Below, one piece after another: positions 30,647 to 40,108 of a stretch of DNA of 64,000 bases. The notes below the pieces were generated by a model. The model was not told where the DNA came from and did not search any database. It saw nothing but the letters and a program-made list of their open reading frames with translations. Both the position numbers and the translations under genes were made by a program. Positions within the stretch are counted from its first letter, which is position 1. Each line of letters begins with the position of its first letter. Location: the NCBI GenBank assembly GCA_965224245.1, contig OZ245046.1, positions 4,928,001 to 4,992,000 of the forward strand. Direction: 5' to 3'. The DNA is from Candidatus Eiseniibacteriota bacterium (GTDB taxonomy: Bacteria > Eisenbacteria > RBG-16-71-46 > CAZAMP01).

Positions 30647-30764
30647 GTCTCCGTTTCCCGACGACCGGGCTTCGACGCCGAACCCCGGACGCGACGACCG
30701 CGTCGCCCGGACCGTGTCCGGCCCGGGCGAGACGACCGCGTGCACGTGCGCGCGGCGGATTCCC

Positions 30765-32897
30765 TCATCGAATGACCAGGCGCGACGTCCGCGAGACCGA
30801 GTCGACGTCGACCCGCACGAAGTAAACGCCGGGACTCGCCAGGACACCGCCGCTGGTGCGTCCGTCCCATCGGATGTCGTGCCATCCAGCGATGAGCACC
30901 CGGTCGGCCACGAGGGCGACGAGTCGGCCCTGCACGTCGTACACGGCGATGCGGACCGTGGCGGTCTCGGCGAGCGCCAGGCGAACCTGCGTTCCCGCGC
31001 GAGACGGATTGGGTCGCGGCGAATCCACGCTGGTGGCGTCGGGAGCCGGCGCGTGCTCGTCGGCGGCAACGATGCCGCCGGTCATGGCCACGCTTCCGCA
31101 GCCGGTCAGGAGCAGGCAATCGAAGGCGCCGCCCTCGGCCGGTGGGGTGAATCGAACGGTCACCGTCAAGAAGTCGTCCGGATCGATGATGTAGTCGCCG
31201 CCGCCCTCGACGATCTCGAACACGCTCGTGTCACAGGCCGCATCCAGCTCCACCCGTCCCGCGATCGGTGCGCCGCCGACGTTGTCGATGAAGATCGACT
31301 GCTCGTCGAACTCGCCCGGAAGGGCATCGAACTCCATCGTCGTGTCCGAGAGAACGCACTGCCCCGGCTGGACGCCCTCGCCGTACAGGAACACATCCTC
31401 GCAGCCGGTCTCGACGAAACAGCTGTAGAAGTCCTCGTCCACGGCGGTGAACCGGAGCGTGACCGTACGTGACTGTCCCGAGCTGAGTGCGTAGGCCCCC
31501 CCGCCCGAGACGATCTCGAAGCCCGCGTCGCACAGGCCGGGGTCGAGCTGGACGACGCCGGAGAGGATCCCTTCTGCGCCGTCGTTGCGGACGACGAACG
31601 ACGACTCGGCGAGCTCGCCGATCACCACCGCGCCGAAGTCGATCTCGTCCGGTGTCGTCGAGCACGCCGGGTTCACGCCTGCGCCGTACACGTAGGGGCC
31701 GAGGCAATCCTCGTTTCCGAGCTCGATGTCGCAGTCGAAGAAGTCGGCGACCGTGGGGGCGAAGCGCACGGTCACGTTCCGGGTCTGACCCCGGGAGAGG
31801 CTGTAGGAGCCCGCCCCGCCCACGATGGTGAACTGACCGGTGTCGCAGCTACCGGTGGAGACGACGCCGGCCAGGACTCCGCCGCCGTCGTTTCGGACCG
31901 AGAACGACCACTCGGCGCTGGTGCCGGTGACGACGTTGCCGAAGTCGTGACTGCTGTCCCCGGTAACCGTGCACACCGGACCGATGCCGTGGCCGTCGAG
32001 CTGGACGGCGAGGTCACGGATGCCGAGCGTCACGTCGCAGTAGTAGTAGTCGTCGTCGGGCGGGGCGAAGCGGACGACCACATCCCGATACTGGCCGGGG
32101 CTCAACGTGTATGGACCCCCACCCGCCACGATGGAGAAGCCCGTGCATCCGGCGGCGAGGGCCACATTGCCGGAGATGGGATCGTCGCCGACCGACTGAA
32201 TCCGGAACGACCGATCGACGGGCTCGTTCACGTAGACGCCGCCGTAGTGGATTGCGCTCTGATCCGGTACCGTGCGCGCTGTGCGTACGCGAAGCCGAAC
32301 GGCGTTGATCCGCATCGTCGTGGTGTTGTCGTGTCGCTGGACGCCGATGTTCAGGTCGAAGAAGGGGTCGTCCGGATCGGCGTTCCAGTCCCACATCGAC
32401 GTGAGATCGCTGAACGCCGCGGGGATGCGCCACCGGCAGATCGAGTTGTTCGTGAAGCTGTTCCCCGGATTCTGGACACCGATGACGGTCTCGCCCCAGC
32501 GGATGCGGTTGTTGAAGCTGCCGCCGTCGGCCCCCGAGTAGCGGCCGTGCACGTTGAAGTGCACCCCGGTGATGACCTCGCCGTCCGCCAGCGAGAAATA
32601 CGACCCGTCCAGGTGCCGGAAGTCCCCACAGAAGAGACGGCGCGTGCCGGACGCCACGGTGTTGTAGGCGGTCTCACCGTTCGAGCAAGGACAGTCCTGG
32701 CAACCCGGGTCGAAGCCGTACGCACCCGCGTGGTTCTGCCACTGATCGAAGTTGTCGTCGTTGTCGAACGAGTAGAGCTCGTAGATGGCACCGGCAGTGC
32801 CGGGCCACGTGAGAATGAGCAGCGCGAGCCAGAGAACCGGGACGAAAGGCGACAGATGCCGGAGACGCGACATGTGGCGGAAACCGAGTCGTGACAT
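30765..32897 (-). CDS. Secreted protein with four tandem choice-of-anchor D/ASH-like Ig domains and FlgD-like C-terminal domain
   Basis: Four repeats of DFGxV...FxVRNxG...FxIVxGGGxYxL...VTVRFxP...C; tail PNPSR...VYDVQGRLV...WDGRTSGG...PGVYFVRV; GAGGAGG RBS. Confidence 0.82.
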   Translation of the reverse strand: MSRLGFRHMSRLRHLSPFVPVLWLALLILTWPGTAGAIYELYSFDNDDNFDQWQNHAGAYGFDPGCQDCPCSNGETAYNTVASGTRRLFCGDFRHLDGSYFSLADGEVITGVHFNVHGRYSGADGGSFNNRIRWGETVIGVQNPGNSFTNNSICRWRIPAAFSDLTSMWDWNADPDDPFFDLNIGVQRHDNTTTMRINAVRLRVRTARTVPDQSAIHYGGVYVNEPVDRSFRIQSVGDDPISGNVALAAGCTGFSIVAGGGPYTLSPGQYRDVVVRFAPPDDDYYYCDVTLGIRDLAVQLDGHGIGPVCTVTGDSSHDFGNVVTGTSAEWSFSVRNDGGGVLAGVVSTGSCDTGQFTIVGGAGSYSLSRGQTRNVTVRFAPTVADFFDCDIELGNEDCLGPYVYGAGVNPACSTTPDEIDFGAVVIGELAESSFVVRNDGAEGILSGVVQLDPGLCDAGFEIVSGGGAYALSSGQSRTVTLRFTAVDEDFYSCFVETGCEDVFLYGEGVQPGQCVLSDTTMEFDALPGEFDEQSIFIDNVGGAPIAGRVELDAACDTSVFEIVEGGGDYIIDPDDFLTVTVRFTPPAEGGAFDCLLLTGCGSVAMTGGIVAADEHAPAPDATSVDSPRPNPSRAGTQVRLALAETATVRIAVYDVQGRLVALVADRVLIAGWHDIRWDGRTSGGVLASPGVYFVRVDVDSVSRTSRLVIR

Positions 32898-33067
32898 GAT
32901 CGATCCTCCTCGATGACGACCGTGAAATGACGCGATCCGATCGTGCGAGCGGGTCGAGCACGAGAACGGAGGCGCCCGCGTGACGTCTGGGAGGTCGGTC
33001 GGGAGGCGGCAGCGTTACGTGCAGCCGCAATAAAAAGGGGAGCCCGACGGTGGATTCTCGGTGAGCG

Positions 33068-36046
33068 CTAGTCGGGGTCTCCGAGGTAGATCAGGCCGGC
33101 CCAGTGGTACGGATGGGGGTACGTGCTTGTTACGCTGCGTTTTGCGTCGGCGAGTGCGCTCAGCTTTCCCCCGAGGCCGGCGGCCGCGAGTCGTTCGTAG
33201 AAAGCATCCATGACCACGGCGGTCGCGGCGTCGTCGACGGGCCAGAGCGTGGCCACGACAGACGGCGCCCCGGCGTAGAAGAAGCCCCAGGCGACGGAGA
33301 CCTGACTGTCCCCGACCTCGACGCCACGCCTGGTGTCGCACGCGGAGAGCACCACGAGCTCGGTGTTGGCGAGGCGGCCGCCCCAGTCGCGAATGAGATC
33401 CTCGAGGGTCAGAAACCCGTCGTCGATCGCCGTGGGCACCTCGGGCGGCGTGAAGGCAAGGCAAGCGTCGTACGGCTGTGCGATGGAGCCGGCCAGACCG
33501 TGCATCGCCAGATGCAGAATGCGTGCGTTCGGCGCCATCGCGCGTGTGTTGGAGATCGTGGCGTCCTCTGCCAGAAGCAGCGACGTCGACCGATCGTGGC
33601 GTCGGAATGCACGGTCGATCTCGGTCGCCTCCCACCCCGACGCGGCGAGGTCCGGCATCCAGCCGCCGTCGCGGATGAACGCCTCCAGCGGGCTGCGTTC
33701 ATCATCGGTGGTCCCCCCACGTGAGGCCGCAAACAACGGCACGACCGAGCGCGCGTACCGGGGATCGGCGGCCATCAACAGATCGAGATCGGCTTCTTCA
33801 ACCCGAGCCCGGCGCCGGCGCTGCAGCTCGTCGTAGACCGCGATGGACTCCACGTACGCGACCGGCGGGCCGACGTCGACGAACCGGTCGCGCGTTCCCG
33901 GTACCCGAAGCACCTCCAGTGGTACGCCCGAGATCCTGCGATCGAGCGAGCACAGGACGCGCTTCGCGCGTGCGATCGTCGCCCACACATCCGGCGGAAA
34001 GTACGCTGACGCGAGATAGGACTGCAGGGAGTCCGAGGGCTCAATCGCGATCCCGGGCGGCTGCTCGATGAACTGGCGGACCTGTCGTACCGCCGGTCCC
34101 AGCTCGTGCCACGGCACCGTCGACTGCCAGTGGATCGGCTCCGGATCCGTGACGTCGACGAGGAACACCGAGAACCAGTAGGAGCGCACCGCATAGCTCA
34201 CATACACGTCGCCGGGTTGGAGTGTGGCGAGGATCTCGTCCCCGGTGAGCGGCGTCTCGGTCGGCCACGCGGCGCGATCGCGCGAGGCGAGCACGACCTC
34301 GAGGCTGTCACGCTCACCGCGGGCGGCCGACAAGCGCTGCTCGAGTGCGCGGAGCTCCGGCGAGCGCACGTCGGATCCCGATCGACGCCGGAGCTCGAGG
34401 TAGCGACGCTCGAGCGCCACCTCGGCTTCTCGTGCACGGCCGACGGCGGTGGCGAGATCGTGCTGCTGCGAGCCGGGCTCGGCACGCGTTCGGCGATCGC
34501 GGCGCAAGAGGTCCAAGAGTCCGAGCCCGCGGCCGGACTCCGTGATCGCGAGCCCCCGCACGGGATCTCCTTCCTTGGTCTCCAGCGCTCCCAGCTTCTC
34601 GGTGATGGCCTCGATCTCGGCATGGCGTCTGTAGGTCGCCCGCTGGCGCTCGTCGGCATGGTCGGCCGGCATGTTCCGGAAGGCGAACTCGAGAGCCTCC
34701 TCGAGGAGGGGGCGCAGCTCGCCCAGGGTGTCCGGCTCCTCGAGAGCGCAGGCGAGTCGAAACAGCGCCGCGGATCGATTCCACCCGGAGCGGCGTCCAC
34801 CGATCGCGTCGTCCCAGGCCAGCCATCGCCGGATCCAGTAGACCATGCTCTTTTTGTCGAGACGAGACGAGGCACGAGCGGCGAGGTCGTGATAGAGAAG
34901 TCCCCGCAGATTGGAGTCGAGTCGCGTGTGGGACTCGAATTCGCGAACCAGGTCCTCTACCTGTTCGTCCGGCTCGAGAACCGCGCACGAACGAATGGAG
35001 TCGAGCACGATGTGGCTGGAGGGACCGAGACACTCGACGCCGTCGCTCACAACCTCGCCGAACAACGTGACCGCCGCCTCCGGTGAGCCGCTGTTCGCGA
35101 GGTGCTGCGCCAGGCGATACTTCGCGGCGATCGTGGCATAGTGACGGGAGCCGAACGCGGAGTCCGCCCTCGCGACCGCGCGCTCGTAGAGCCCGAGCGC
35201 GTTCGCGCCGTCGCCCTTCATCGAGAGCACGTACGCCAGCCCGATCGTGCCCACGACAGCCGTCGTCACCGATCCGACCGTGTCGGCCGCCGCGATGCCA
35301 CGGCGCATGGCGATCTCGGCGGCGTCGAGGGCATTGCTGTAGACGTAGAATCGACTTCGTTCGAGCTGCACGAAGGCGCGGAAGCCCTCCGGGTCGGGCC
35401 GGTCCGCGACGAACGACCCCTCGAGGCGATCCAGGAGGACGCGAGCCGAGTCGAGCTTCGATGTCTCGAGCAATCGCGATACATCCGCCATGCGAGCCTC
35501 GATCGCGTCGGGGTGTCCATCCCCCAGCGAGGCCACGAGCGCGTCGATCGCTCTCCGGGCGAGCGGATACGCCGCCGCGGGCTCCTCGGACAGCGACAGC
35601 GCCGAGTAGGCGGCGAGGTACGCACGGCCGACCTCCGCGTCGACATCTCCCAGCCACCGCGCCTTCCACTCCGCGACCCTGAGGCTGCGGCGGTAGGCCT
35701 CCCCGGGATCGGCCCCGACGAGGTCCGGATCCCAGGTGATCGGCTCGGTCTCCAGCTGCGAGAGCTCGGTGCGAGCTTCCTCGGGCAGATCGCAGATCCG
35801 CGTCAGTCGGTCGACCAGCGCGCTCGCCTCACGGACGCGCCAGTCGGCCGCCCGCGATGCGCGTAGCGAGTCCAGCTCGGCGTGCGCGAGGGCCAGAGCG
35901 CTCTGGTAACGACCCGCCACGCGCTCCGACGCGATCGTGATCGGCGGGTCTCGGTCCGGCGCGCACGCGAGGAGCACCCCGACGGCCAGCCCGCTACCGA
36001 GGTACGACCACCTCGAAGAGATGCCGGACCGGATTCGAAGGTGCAT
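33068..36046 (-). CDS. TPR-CHAT (caspase-like) protease with lipoprotein-like N-terminus
   Basis: Catalytic His motif ILHLAMHG and Cys motif LVVLSACDT; VVATLWPVDD and HPYHWAG; kinesin-light-chain-type TPRs (LGDGHPD, FGSRHYAT); N-terminal LAVGVLLAC. Confidence 0.92.
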   Translation of the reverse strand: MHLRIRSGISSRWSYLGSGLAVGVLLACAPDRDPPITIASERVAGRYQSALALAHAELDSLRASRAADWRVREASALVDRLTRICDLPEEARTELSQLETEPITWDPDLVGADPGEAYRRSLRVAEWKARWLGDVDAEVGRAYLAAYSALSLSEEPAAAYPLARRAIDALVASLGDGHPDAIEARMADVSRLLETSKLDSARVLLDRLEGSFVADRPDPEGFRAFVQLERSRFYVYSNALDAAEIAMRRGIAAADTVGSVTTAVVGTIGLAYVLSMKGDGANALGLYERAVARADSAFGSRHYATIAAKYRLAQHLANSGSPEAAVTLFGEVVSDGVECLGPSSHIVLDSIRSCAVLEPDEQVEDLVREFESHTRLDSNLRGLLYHDLAARASSRLDKKSMVYWIRRWLAWDDAIGGRRSGWNRSAALFRLACALEEPDTLGELRPLLEEALEFAFRNMPADHADERQRATYRRHAEIEAITEKLGALETKEGDPVRGLAITESGRGLGLLDLLRRDRRTRAEPGSQQHDLATAVGRAREAEVALERRYLELRRRSGSDVRSPELRALEQRLSAARGERDSLEVVLASRDRAAWPTETPLTGDEILATLQPGDVYVSYAVRSYWFSVFLVDVTDPEPIHWQSTVPWHELGPAVRQVRQFIEQPPGIAIEPSDSLQSYLASAYFPPDVWATIARAKRVLCSLDRRISGVPLEVLRVPGTRDRFVDVGPPVAYVESIAVYDELQRRRRARVEEADLDLLMAADPRYARSVVPLFAASRGGTTDDERSPLEAFIRDGGWMPDLAASGWEATEIDRAFRRHDRSTSLLLAEDATISNTRAMAPNARILHLAMHGLAGSIAQPYDACLAFTPPEVPTAIDDGFLTLEDLIRDWGGRLANTELVVLSACDTRRGVEVGDSQVSVAWGFFYAGAPSVVATLWPVDDAATAVVMDAFYERLAAAGLGGKLSALADAKRSVTSTYPHPYHWAGLIYLGDPD

Positions 36047-36773
36047 CGAGTGGGTCTCCGTTCCACAGAAGGACGGTGTACGGTCCCGGGATGAACGTGC
36101 TGTCGCTGGAGAACGTCACGTCGACCGATCGCGTCGAGCTGCGGCGAAGCACCGCGATCGTGGCGCCGTCGGGAGATGACAGGGCGATGCACATGGGCGC
36201 GTCCGCCACCAGCGGCGGAATGGTCGGTCGGACGGTCAGCTCGAGCTGCCGGGCGGACGGCTCGATCTCGACTCGCGGCGCAGTACCGCGTGTGCCCGTG
36301 AGATCGACGTGTGGGATCAGCTTCGGCGTCGGCCGCAGGAGCGGCACGATGAGCAGCGTGGCCGCGAGCGCCGTGGCGGCACCGGCCCAGGCGCCGAGCA
36401 CCCAGCGAAACCGAGAATCTCGAGATCGGTCTGGCCGAGCCGGGTGGCCGGCGGCTCGCGTGTCGTTCGCGGTCCCCAATCGCGCCTCGGCCCGACACGT
36501 GTCACATCGTGCGTAGTGGGCCCGCAGGAGCTGTTGCTCGGACTCGGAGAGCGCTGCGATCGAGTCGGGCCAGCCGACGACGTACCGCACCGGAATGTGA
36601 CCCGGCGACTCCCCGTCGAGCTCCGTCCCCACCATCGCGTCGTACACGAGCCGGTACTCGGGCTGCTCGAGCAGCGCGCGGAATCGGACGGCGTCTTCGT
36701 GCTCCAGGGTGCCGACCTCGAACGCGAGGACGTGCTCTCGGAACCACGCGAGCGTCTCGGTGCCGTCGCTCAT
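35994..36773 (-). CDS. Putative zinc-binding (zf-HC2-like) transmembrane anti-sigma factor
   Basis: HYARCDTC (HxxxCxxC), one TM helix WVLGAWAGAATALAATLLIVPLL, C-terminal beta domain; ATGA overlap with the sigma gene. Confidence 0.75.
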   Translation of the reverse strand: MSDGTETLAWFREHVLAFEVGTLEHEDAVRFRALLEQPEYRLVYDAMVGTELDGESPGHIPVRYVVGWPDSIAALSESEQQLLRAHYARCDTCRAEARLGTANDTRAAGHPARPDRSRDSRFRWVLGAWAGAATALAATLLIVPLLRPTPKLIPHVDLTGTRGTAPRVEIEPSARQLELTVRPTIPPLVADAPMCIALSSPDGATIAVLRRSSTRSVDVTFSSDSTFIPGPYTVLLWNGDPLDAPSNPVRHLFEVVVPR

Positions 36774-37303
36774 AGGAATCTCCGGAACCTCTCGAGGGTC
36801 GGCAGCCGGCCCTCGTCAATGGCTCGCTTCAGGCGACCCACGCAACGCATCCATCTCGCCCGGACGGCCCCCGGCTTCTCGTGCCCACTCCGCGCGACGG
36901 CCTCCCACGACTCGGACGAGAAGTAGGCGCGCGCGAGTGCCGCGCACGGCGGATGCTCCTCTTCGAAGAGCTCCACGACGAGCACGCGTATCAGCGAGAC
37001 GTCCTCGGGTGACATCGCATCGATGCTCTCCGTCGCCGCCGGATCGGGAGCGCCCGCCGTCGCATGCGGGACCTCGATCGCCGAGCGCCGATAGTGACGT
37101 CTGAGCCACGTGTCCAGCGCGCGCCTGACCACGACACGCGCGAGCGCGTCGAGGTTCTGGACCTTCTGAGACCGGGCGACACGCCAGAGACGCACCATGC
37201 CCTCCTGGGCGACCTCGGCCCGATCCGCGGCCTGCCGTCGGGGCATGAGGTCGTCGACCGCCCGCTGGCATGCGTCCCGAATGTCGCGCAGGTCCACGTC
37301 CAC
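36770..37303 (-). CDS. ECF-type RNA polymerase sigma factor
   Basis: Region 2 AEVAQEGMVRLWR...VVRRALDTWLRR; region 4 SWEAVARSGHEKPGAVRARWMRCVGRLK. Confidence 0.8.
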   Translation of the reverse strand: MDVDLRDIRDACQRAVDDLMPRRQAADRAEVAQEGMVRLWRVARSQKVQNLDALARVVVRRALDTWLRRHYRRSAIEVPHATAGAPDPAATESIDAMSPEDVSLIRVLVVELFEEEHPPCAALARAYFSSESWEAVARSGHEKPGAVRARWMRCVGRLKRAIDEGRLPTLERFRRFL

Positions 37304-37420
37304 GTTTGTGATCTCGGAGTGTCATGGCCATCGTTCCCGGGACTACACGCGTGGCGGTCACGCGCGCGCCGCTCGGTCGGGGAACGATAGCCAATCGACA
37401 GGGAGACTCCCAACTCTTCC

Positions 37421-39436
37421 TCAGTGGCCATACGGATCCTCGGCGTGGTAGGGGTCCGCTGCATCGAGCTGCTCGACCGCGTCGGCGTCGCCGAGCCCAC
37501 CTATTCCATCCATCTCCTGGAGACAGTCGAGGGCCATGGCCAGCACGTTGCACCCCGAGCACGACAGCGTCTCCAGAACGGATGCGGCACCGTCCTCGGC
37601 GCCGGGTGGCACGGGCAGCACCGACGACCCCGACGCCATGAGCCCCATGAGCTCTTGCATGTACCCCATCGCATCTTCGACCGACCTGGCGAGGTAGTCG
37701 CATACGATGTCTCGGGCCTCGCCGCACGGACGGCACTCGGGATCGCGATCCTCCTCGAACGCCTCGAGGTAGTAGCCCCACGGACACTCGTCACAGGGAT
37801 CGACGACCGGGACACAGCCGAGCTCTGGATCCCAGTGTCCGCCGCAAAGCTCGACGCAGCTCCCATCGGCATCGCGGGCCATCCCCGGGCCGCAGTCGGG
37901 CTCGCAGCGACACGTCACGAAGTTCGGCCGTTCCCCAGGAGGGCATGTCTTCGCACAGCGATCGGTGCACTCCCCGGTGAGCGGGTTGAGTGCGCGTCCC
38001 GGGCACGGACCCGTGGCCACCGGCTCCTCCTCGCCGGACGTCGGGGTCTCGACGTCATCGGGAGGTGTGTTCTCCACGAGGTCGCTTCCACCCGGCCCGC
38101 CACCGGTCGGACCGCCGGCAACGGGGACACACTCGCCACGTCCGTGATCCGCAACGGTGCCCTCTGGACACTTGCAGGTGTCCTGGACGACCTCACTTCC
38201 GGCGAAGCAGTCACATGTCCGGGACCATTCGTCGAACGTCGCGTCGCCATCGCAGATGCACGTCTCGAGACCCGGATCGTACGATGCCGTGGCGGCTCCG
38301 CAGTTGCACTCCAAGGCCTTACGGTCGTGGACCAGTGCCTCGTTCTCGCACTGACACGTACCGGCGACCGTCCGAACGGCGCCGGGAGGACAATCACAGC
38401 GCGCCTCCACGTCGTTCCAGATCATGCCGCGTTGCTGACAGCGATTGAAGAAGCCACAGACGACGCCTTTCAGGCGTTGCTTCGCATCGAGTCCGGTGAA
38501 CAGCTCGTACACATCCGCCCATCCGAAGAGGGGGACACAGATGACGTCGCTTCCGGATAGCCTGAAGGTGCCGGCCAGGTCGCGAATGGACTCGAGCCGT
38601 TCGAGTCCGGCCTCGCCGACGTGGCACAGACCGCTGAGCATGAGCCTGGCCGCGGCAAGTGCGCGAAGAGCGCCGCCCGACAGATCCTCGTCCTCCACCG
38701 CGAGATCGATCAGCAGCTGCATGCGCTTGCAGGCGGCGTCGAGCGCCATCTTCATCTTGTCGGTTCCCGCGCCACTGAACCCGACGATGTCGCAGGCCCC
38801 TTCCATCGTCGTCCACAACAGCTCCAGGTCGGAAAGGCAGGGACCGGCGTCGGCCCAGTCGTCGGCGCGGGAGCGAAAGGTCGGCTCGTCGCGAAGTGGC
38901 GAGGTCTGGGTAACGGCATCGAACGCCGCGGTCGGACCACCGTAGTCGACACGCTCGGTCAGGCCGCGGGGGACGACGACGCTCTCGCGCACGATCGAGC
39001 CCGCCAGAGCGTCCACCGTGAACGATGCGTCGATCGGCGGATCCGTGCTCCAGAGACGGAGATCGATCGACGCCGCTTCCTCGCTCGCGGACCGGAAGAC
39101 GATCTCGTCTCGCGACGGTAGCGTCCACTCCACCGCGTCCTGATCGAACTCGACGCCGAAGGTGAGGTAGCCGTCGGGGCTCACCAGCGTGTATCCGGTC
39201 AGGTGGTCGATGTCCCCGCGGAGCCACAGGACCGAGCCGTCGGTGAGCGCGAGCGCAGCCACGACGTCCGGCGGACCGGAACGCGGATCCGCGAGCCCGA
39301 TGAGCGTCGTGCCCGTCGGCGGCAGCAGCTGGTCGAGCAGAACGTCCGGGGTCGAGCCCGCGCTCGCCCCCGAGGGGTGCCCGACAGCAACCAGGAGTGC
39401 CATCAGTCCGCCGAGGTGTGTGGTTCGCCGCCACAT
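37421..39436 (-). CDS. Secreted cysteine-rich repeat protein
   Basis: GGGAGG RBS, signal peptide; C-terminal half with periodic CxC motifs and CPPG/CGPG/CPWG units. Confidence 0.75.
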   Translation of the reverse strand: MWRRTTHLGGLMALLVAVGHPSGASAGSTPDVLLDQLLPPTGTTLIGLADPRSGPPDVVAALALTDGSVLWLRGDIDHLTGYTLVSPDGYLTFGVEFDQDAVEWTLPSRDEIVFRSASEEAASIDLRLWSTDPPIDASFTVDALAGSIVRESVVVPRGLTERVDYGGPTAAFDAVTQTSPLRDEPTFRSRADDWADAGPCLSDLELLWTTMEGACDIVGFSGAGTDKMKMALDAACKRMQLLIDLAVEDEDLSGGALRALAAARLMLSGLCHVGEAGLERLESIRDLAGTFRLSGSDVICVPLFGWADVYELFTGLDAKQRLKGVVCGFFNRCQQRGMIWNDVEARCDCPPGAVRTVAGTCQCENEALVHDRKALECNCGAATASYDPGLETCICDGDATFDEWSRTCDCFAGSEVVQDTCKCPEGTVADHGRGECVPVAGGPTGGGPGGSDLVENTPPDDVETPTSGEEEPVATGPCPGRALNPLTGECTDRCAKTCPPGERPNFVTCRCEPDCGPGMARDADGSCVELCGGHWDPELGCVPVVDPCDECPWGYYLEAFEEDRDPECRPCGEARDIVCDYLARSVEDAMGYMQELMGLMASGSSVLPVPPGAEDGAASVLETLSCSGCNVLAMALDCLQEMDGIGGLGDADAVEQLDAADPYHAEDPYGH

Positions 39437-39497
39437 GGGATCCTCCCGGAGTGAGGCGGAGCGAAGCGCCGGCGGCGGCACCTCGCCCCGCCGACGG

Positions 39498-40079
39498 TCA
39501 TGGGATGTCGAATGTGATGCCGCCCAGGACCGACGTGCCGCCGAGCCCCGCGGTCTGGTGGCGTATCTCGAGAAACCCGCTGACGCCCTCCGACACGGGG
39601 GCCTCGAGACCGGCCAGGAGATTCGCGCCGGTCTCGGTACCCTCCAGCCGCTTCGCGCCCGGCACCCCGGCCACGTCCGCGCCCAGCGAGGTCGTCACGG
39701 CACCGATGCCGCCGCCCACGTAGATGTCGGTGGTCCCATCGCGGGGAATGAAGTACCGCGCGTCGACATTCAGAGCGACCTCGCTGAAGTCGAACTCGAC
39801 GCCCTCCAGCTCGATCCCGTACAGGCTCCTCGTCGTCTGCTTCCAGTAGCTGATGCTCGGGTATATCGCCAGGTTCGGCACCAGCAAGTCGCCCATGTCC
39901 GCGTGCACGCCGAACCCCAACACGCTGTCGATACCGTCCTCCGACGGACTCGTGTACATCACACGACCTCCGATCCGATGGAGCCCGATCGGGATTGGCT
40001 CCTCTTTCTGGGCGAATGCATCCTCGGCGAGCAGTGTCGACGTGAGTGCGGTCAGAGCGATCGTCAACATCTTTCTCAT
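39498..40079 (-). CDS. Outer-membrane beta-barrel protein (8-stranded type)
   Basis: Signal peptide ending AFA/Q; IYVGGGIG; C-terminal LGGITF. Confidence 0.8.
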   Translation of the reverse strand: MRKMLTIALTALTSTLLAEDAFAQKEEPIPIGLHRIGGRVMYTSPSEDGIDSVLGFGVHADMGDLLVPNLAIYPSISYWKQTTRSLYGIELEGVEFDFSEVALNVDARYFIPRDGTTDIYVGGGIGAVTTSLGADVAGVPGAKRLEGTETGANLLAGLEAPVSEGVSGFLEIRHQTAGLGGTSVLGGITFDIP

Positions 40080-40108
40080 CGGTTCGATCTCCTCTCGTGT
40101 CGTTCGAG

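Noticed and set aside
33068-37303. Type III-E CRISPR (Craspase) locus
   Set aside because: No Cas7-11, Csx30/31 or array in the window; the CHAT appears exported.
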